Positions 16,000 to 20,000 of a stretch of DNA of 20,000 nucleotides are shown here, piece after piece (positions within the stretch are counted from its first letter, which is position 1; every line of letters starts with the position of its first letter). The notes beneath the pieces were generated by a model. It saw only the letters and a program-made list of their open reading frames with translations. It was not told where the DNA came from and made no database searches. The position numbers and the translations under genes are program-made. This stretch comes from an uncultured virus (IMG/VR IMGVR_UViG_3300033993_000240) (lineage: Duplodnaviria > Heunggongvirae > Uroviricota > Caudoviricetes), in IMG/VR virus record IMGVR_UViG_3300033993_000240; one strand, written 5' to 3'.

Positions 16000-17585
16000 T
16001 CCCAGCTCCTTTTTATTACCCTAAAAAACTTTCCGTCCTTGCGATACTCGATCCACTCTGGTGGCGTGGCCATGTTCATGTTCTTAACCATGTCCTCCAG
16101 CGTCTTCACATTCAGACCACCAGGCACAATGCTGGCGCTGTTGGCGATACTCAGAAGCTGGCTCATTGCACGCTGGCCTGCATAGCCTTCATGCATGATC
16201 GGCAAATACTCGGTGATTGGCGTATCGCTCAGGCCACCGTAGTAAGTCACGGCCAGCATCTCGATGCCAGAGGCCTTGCTGATGTGCTTGCGCCATGTCC
16301 AGCTCGTCACTTCCAACTCTTGGCCATCCAGACCCATGATGTCGTCATTTCGCAACACCATCGATTTTTTTACTGGCTCAGGAAACTGCTCACCGCATGA
16401 AGGGCAAAGCATCACCGAAATGTGCACCAGCTCACCGCAGTGATCGCAAACCTTGACTGGTGCCTCGCCATTCCCATCGCCACCCTTCTTTGGTGGCTGC
16501 ACATTGGTGATCGGTCCATGCGACTCGACCACACCAGCAAAGTCGAGAACCAAGCAATGATCGGTGTGGCTCTTTACCCTCATGCCACGGCCTGCCATCT
16601 GCACATAAAGGCTGGCGCTCATGGTCGGACGCAACATCACCACCAGATCGATGTCTGGATAGTCAAACCCTGTGGTCAACACATTGGCATTGGTGAGCGC
16701 ACGCACACGGCCAGACTTGAAGTCGGCCAACATGCGCTCGCGTTCTTTTTTTGGTGTTTCGCCAGTCACGCATTCAGCGGTCACACCTTGCTGGCGCAGG
16801 ACTTCGGCCACATGCTCGGCATGCTTCACGCCAGCACAGAAAAACAGCCATGCTTTGCGTTCACCGGCCAAGCCCATGACCTCATGGACCACAGCCTGAT
16901 TCTTGTCGTCGGTATCCACTGCGGCCTGCAATTCGGACTCAATGAACTCGCCACCGCGCTTATTCACGCCAGTCACATCCAGCTTGGCCTTGGTGACCTT
17001 GGAGCGCAGCGTAGCCAAATATCCCTTGAACACCAGCTCCTCGATGCTGACAGGCGTGAGTAGATCGTCAAAGAGCGCAGGCTTGTCGGTGATCAAGCCA
17101 TGCCCCAAGCGGTAAGGTGTGGCGGTCAGGCCAATCACACGCAAGTGCGGATTGATGGCCTTCAACTCGCCAAGCAGTTTGCGATAGCCACCCTCGTCCT
17201 TGTGGTTGACTAAGTGGCACTCATCGATGATCACTAGATCAATGTGGCCAAGCTCACGCGCCTTGGTGCGCACCGACTGGATGCCAGCAAAGGTGATCGG
17301 CTCGCTCAAGTCTTTCTGGCCAATGCTGGCGCTGTAGATGCCCATCGGTGCACCAGGCCAATGCTGGCGCATCTTCTCGGCATTCTGCTCAATCAGCTCC
17401 TTGACATGGGTCAGCATGAGCACCCGAGTCTCTGGCCAGTTTTGCAGGGCATCCTTGCACAGCGCAGCCACAATGTGCGACTTGCCTGAGCCGGTCGGCA
17501 GCACCAAGCATGGATTGCCTTGGTTGCCAGCCTCAAACCATCGGTACAGCTCGTCGATGGTGCGCTGTTGGTAGTCACGGAGCAT
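15996..17585 (-). CDS. Superfamily 2 helicase (RadD/YejH-like) with C-terminal zinc ribbon
   Basis: LRDYQ, LPTGSGKS, DECH, GLTATP, LTTGFD, QMAGRGMR; CDHC...CPSC. Confidence 0.93.
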   Translation of the reverse strand: MLRDYQQRTIDELYRWFEAGNQGNPCLVLPTGSGKSHIVAALCKDALQNWPETRVLMLTHVKELIEQNAEKMRQHWPGAPMGIYSASIGQKDLSEPITFAGIQSVRTKARELGHIDLVIIDECHLVNHKDEGGYRKLLGELKAINPHLRVIGLTATPYRLGHGLITDKPALFDDLLTPVSIEELVFKGYLATLRSKVTKAKLDVTGVNKRGGEFIESELQAAVDTDDKNQAVVHEVMGLAGERKAWLFFCAGVKHAEHVAEVLRQQGVTAECVTGETPKKERERMLADFKSGRVRALTNANVLTTGFDYPDIDLVVMLRPTMSASLYVQMAGRGMRVKSHTDHCLVLDFAGVVESHGPITNVQPPKKGGDGNGEAPVKVCDHCGELVHISVMLCPSCGEQFPEPVKKSMVLRNDDIMGLDGQELEVTSWTWRKHISKASGIEMLAVTYYGGLSDTPITEYLPIMHEGYAGQRAMSQLLSIANSASIVPGGLNVKTLEDMVKNMNMATPPEWIEYRKDGKFFRVIKRSWE

Positions 17586-18418
17586 TTAAAAGTCTCCAGA
17601 CTGTTGCTGCCACTTTTGGAACTTGTCCGTTGCCAATGGCTTTAAGTCGGTCCACTCTTGCGGCCACCCCATCAGCCACTCGACCCACGTTGGGTTCAGC
17701 GGCCCACCAGCCTGTGCCGCTAGGGGGATTTCGTTCCTCTTGTACTCCGAGGGATTTCCACCGTCTTTGTGCATTCTGGCCACTGGTGTTGGCCACAGTC
17801 TCGGATTGTTCACTTGGTCCACCAGTCTGATCTGGATGGGCTGGCCATTCTTTCGATGATTCTGGCCTTGTTTGAGTAGGCCAGAGGTCCCCCCCCCCCC
17901 CCGTGTCTGGAGTGCGCCACAATCCACGCTCTGTCCCTCTGATGCGGTGCGCCAACATCGACTGCTCCCATAACAGTCCATCGCGTGTCATACCCGAGAC
18001 TGGAAAGGTCGCCAAGGACTCGTCCGAGTCCTCGATGAATGAGCATTGGGCTGTTTTCCACGAATACGAATCTGGGTCGAACTTCGCTAACCACCCGCGC
18101 CATGTGGTACCACATTGAGGACTGCTCTCCATCGAGTCCTGCGCCTCGGCCTGCGATGGAAATGTCCGTACAGGGAAAGCCTCCCGAAACAACGTCAACA
18201 ATTCCTCGCCACGGTTGTCCGTCAAAGGTTTGAACGTCATCCCAAATCGGGAAAGGCGGGAGAACTCCGTCATTTTGTCTGGCGACAAGTACGCAAGCTG
18301 CGTAAGGTTCCCACTCGACTGCACAGACGGTTCGCCATCCGAGCAAATGCCCCCCAAGTATTCCTCCACCAGCGCCTGCGAATAAAGCCAGCTCATTTAA
18401 TTCTCCTTGTTTGTTCAT
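17575..18418 (-). CDS. C5 cytosine DNA methyltransferase, catalytic chain; frameshifted at G14 in this sequence
   Basis: Motif I FAGAGG, IV GFPC, VI ENS, VIII QRDR in ORF 18418-17810; motif X RLKAIGNGQVP lies in another frame after the G tract; removing one G gives a continuous 280-aa ORF. Confidence 0.85.
17586..18396 (-). CDS. Overlapping alternative-frame methyltransferase chain (WPTP segment + motif IX); frameshifted at the same G14
   Basis: Own AAGGAG RBS (18408-18403) 6 nt before ATG 18396; with one G removed reads into LWPTP...LNPTWVEWLMGWP and ends TAA 17586 adjacent to helicase ATG (269 aa). Confidence 0.75.
17889..17902 (-). repeat. G14 homopolymer (C14 on +)
   Basis: Counted directly: gaggt-C14-gtgt; the longest homopolymer I saw in the window. 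Confidence 0.95.
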
Positions 18419-19440
18419 CCCACAATCCTTCCACCAAAGTCCTTGCGCATCTCAGCAATCAAAGGATCACCGCTGGCGCAGGCATCAGAATTGGCCAGCA
18501 GCTCCTTGCTACCCCAAACACCTTCCTGCTCAGGATCGCCATTGGCCAGATTCACTCCATTGATCTCATATACAGCTGTGAACTCGTCTGGACCATTCTT
18601 GCGCTGCCAAGGCACCAGATCAGGGTGCAGGACATGCGACTCGCAACCAGTGCGCTGGGAATCCAAAGGAATCTCAGCATCCCACTTGGCGCAGTGCCAA
18701 GTCGAGTCAGGCATCGCTGTGGCCAAAGCGCAGGTGCGGCAGTTCACATGCTTGGTGGTCTTGGACTGGTGGCAGAACTCATGGGCATCACAAAACTTGC
18801 ACTGATACCAGCTCGCATCTGAGCTGATCGGCTCAGGCATGCGGTCACTCAAAGCAATGCGCTTGCCACGAACAATGGCCTTGTGCGCCACATCTTTGTC
18901 GAACTTTACGCGCTCTGTGTGAATGCGGTCATCATCCTTGCAGACAGCCAAGTACAGCGCACGATCAATGTCGGTGCCGGCCATGTAGACCTGCATCTGC
19001 ACAAAGTGCTCAGGCTTGGACTTCTCCACGCCATTCTTCTCCAGATCATCAAACGACTTTTTGGAGTGTGTCTTGAACTCGGCAATGTGCTTGGACTTGG
19101 GCGCTTCTGGCACACCTTTGTCGATGATGGCATCCAGCGATCCAGACACATGGCAGCCAAAGTCGACACGGTGCTGGGCAGACACCTTGCGCACATCAAT
19201 GCCAATGGCACGCAGATCGCTGATGATGTTGGCCTCCTCTTGGTGGCCACGACGAAACAGGCGCAGAATTCGACCAGGGAAGCTCGGCTGCACAGCCCAG
19301 CGGAAAGACAGCCACAGCCACCTATCACACACATGGCCAAGCGTACTGGCTCCAAGGTGTGGGCGCGGAACCTCGGCAATGGCCTCATGGTGCTTGTCAA
19401 TTAGCGCCTGAATGTTATGCTCTGACTCGGGAATCTTCAT
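18415..19440 (-). CDS. PD-(D/E)XK exonuclease, Cas4-like
   Basis: HLGAS..GHVCDR, GSLDA, AEFKT, QMQVYM, CKFCDAHEFC (split Cys cluster); AAGGAG RBS. Confidence 0.85.
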   Translation of the reverse strand: MKIPESEHNIQALIDKHHEAIAEVPRPHLGASTLGHVCDRWLWLSFRWAVQPSFPGRILRLFRRGHQEEANIISDLRAIGIDVRKVSAQHRVDFGCHVSGSLDAIIDKGVPEAPKSKHIAEFKTHSKKSFDDLEKNGVEKSKPEHFVQMQVYMAGTDIDRALYLAVCKDDDRIHTERVKFDKDVAHKAIVRGKRIALSDRMPEPISSDASWYQCKFCDAHEFCHQSKTTKHVNCRTCALATAMPDSTWHCAKWDAEIPLDSQRTGCESHVLHPDLVPWQRKNGPDEFTAVYEINGVNLANGDPEQEGVWGSKELLANSDACASGDPLIAEMRKDFGGRIVG

Positions 19441-19469
19441 GTGGTTCTCCTTTGTAGTTGCTACTTTAT

Positions 19470-19520
19470 GCCCAGGCTTCGGGTCGGGGGTTCCTAGCCG
19501 GCCTGGGCTTTTCTTTTCTT
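19470..19520 (+). terminator. Stem-loop with T tract oriented antisense to the local genes
   Basis: GCCCAGGC (19470-19477)/GCCTGGGC (19501-19508) followed by TTTTCTTTTCTT on +. Confidence 0.55.
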
Positions 19521-20000
19521 ACTTCTTAGCCCAAGGCGGTGCAGCCTTGGCAGTCGCAGTCTGAGCAGCCTCAGCCTGCTTCACAAAGGGCGGCACGTTG
19601 GCAGCTGGCGCTGCACTGCCAGACACAGACTTGAAGCCCTTGACCTCATTGCTTGCACCGTACTGAGCGTCCTCTTTGACCTCCAACTTGATGGCGATCT
19701 GGCCACCAATCAACTGGTCGGTGTCGGTCACTTTGGCCAAGCCAATGGCACGCATGATGTCACCCAGCTGCTGGCGACCGATCTCCTCAGCCTTGGGATT
19801 GGCGTTCTTGATGTTCAGGTTGCCAAAAACAACACGACCTTGGTGGCTCGGGCCAGTGATGTCATAACGCAGCTTGATGTACTGGCCATTGCCAGCCTTG
19901 GTTGCCTTCAACTCAGACTGAGAGATGGTGGCGGTGTACCAGCCAGCAGGCAGAGGCTCAAAGTTGCCATTGCCTTGGGGCAGTTCGTTGACGTTGAATT
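19519..20000 (-). CDS. DUF669-like single-stranded DNA-binding protein (5' end outside window)
   Basis: Frame stays open to the window edge (FNVNELPQGNGNFEPLPAGWYTATI...); GRVVFGNLN, NEVKGFK and C-terminal PPWAKK. Confidence 0.82.
   Translation of the reverse strand, partial: FNVNELPQGNGNFEPLPAGWYTATISQSELKATKAGNGQYIKLRYDITGPSHQGRVVFGNLNIKNANPKAEEIGRQQLGDIMRAIGLAKVTDTDQLIGGQIAIKLEVKEDAQYGASNEVKGFKSVSGSAAPAANVPPFVKQAEAAQTATAKAAPPWAKK

Larger units (their letters stand above)
1..20000. mobile_element. Tailed bacteriophage genome segment (P22/APSE-like podovirus: tail/ejection/lysis arm converging on DNA-metabolism arm)
   Basis: Gene order gp10-like > needle-like > ejection proteins > head-binding tailspike > lysis on +; SSB > nuclease > MTase > helicase > VRR-NUC on -; dense packing with ATGA overlaps; no host genes, integrase or att site visible. 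Confidence 0.95.

Noticed and set aside
17586..17981. Independent 131-aa gene starting at 17981
   Set aside because: No RBS; its meaningful part begins after the G tract and is better explained as the 3' half of the alternative-frame MTase chain.
17575..18418. Decayed methyltransferase pseudogene or restriction-modification system
   Set aside because: A single base change repairs both frames and motifs are intact; no cognate restriction endonuclease is evident.
18415..19440. Cas4-like nuclease as sign of a CRISPR system
   Set aside because: No repeat-spacer array or other cas genes; solo Cas4-like nucleases beside SSB and helicase are ordinary phage recombination genes.

Overview
The whole window is tailed-phage DNA (P22/APSE-like podovirus organisation; no host genes seen). 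The + strand (28-13633) carries late genes: a P22 gp10-like tail hub/DNA-stabilisation protein, needle-like and small beta-rich proteins, three gp7/gp20/gp16-like ejection proteins, a tailspike apparatus split into a stand-alone head-binding adaptor plus separate receptor-binding genes, and a seven-gene translationally coupled lysis cassette ending in a peptidase M15 endolysin. The - strand (13624-20000) carries DNA-metabolism genes: DUF669-like SSB, Cas4-like PD-(D/E)XK nuclease, a C5 DNA methyltransferase locus, SF2 helicase, VRR-NUC nuclease, an Arc-like regulator and small ORFs, several of them below the ORF-track cutoff. Main observations: (1) the methyltransferase is written in two overlapping frames over ~810 nt, and a G14 tract sits where a single-base change (G13) repairs both subunits at once; (2) the lysis cassette contains a T4 holin T-like protein with a periplasmic domain, a second holin, and an unannotated secreted Cys-bridged Trp/Lys-rich peptide, with no visible spanin; (3) a DDxxD helical protein preceded by an RBS-sequestering RNA structure lies just upstream of the ejection genes. 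All family assignments are from manual motif recognition and recalled sequences; no searches were run.
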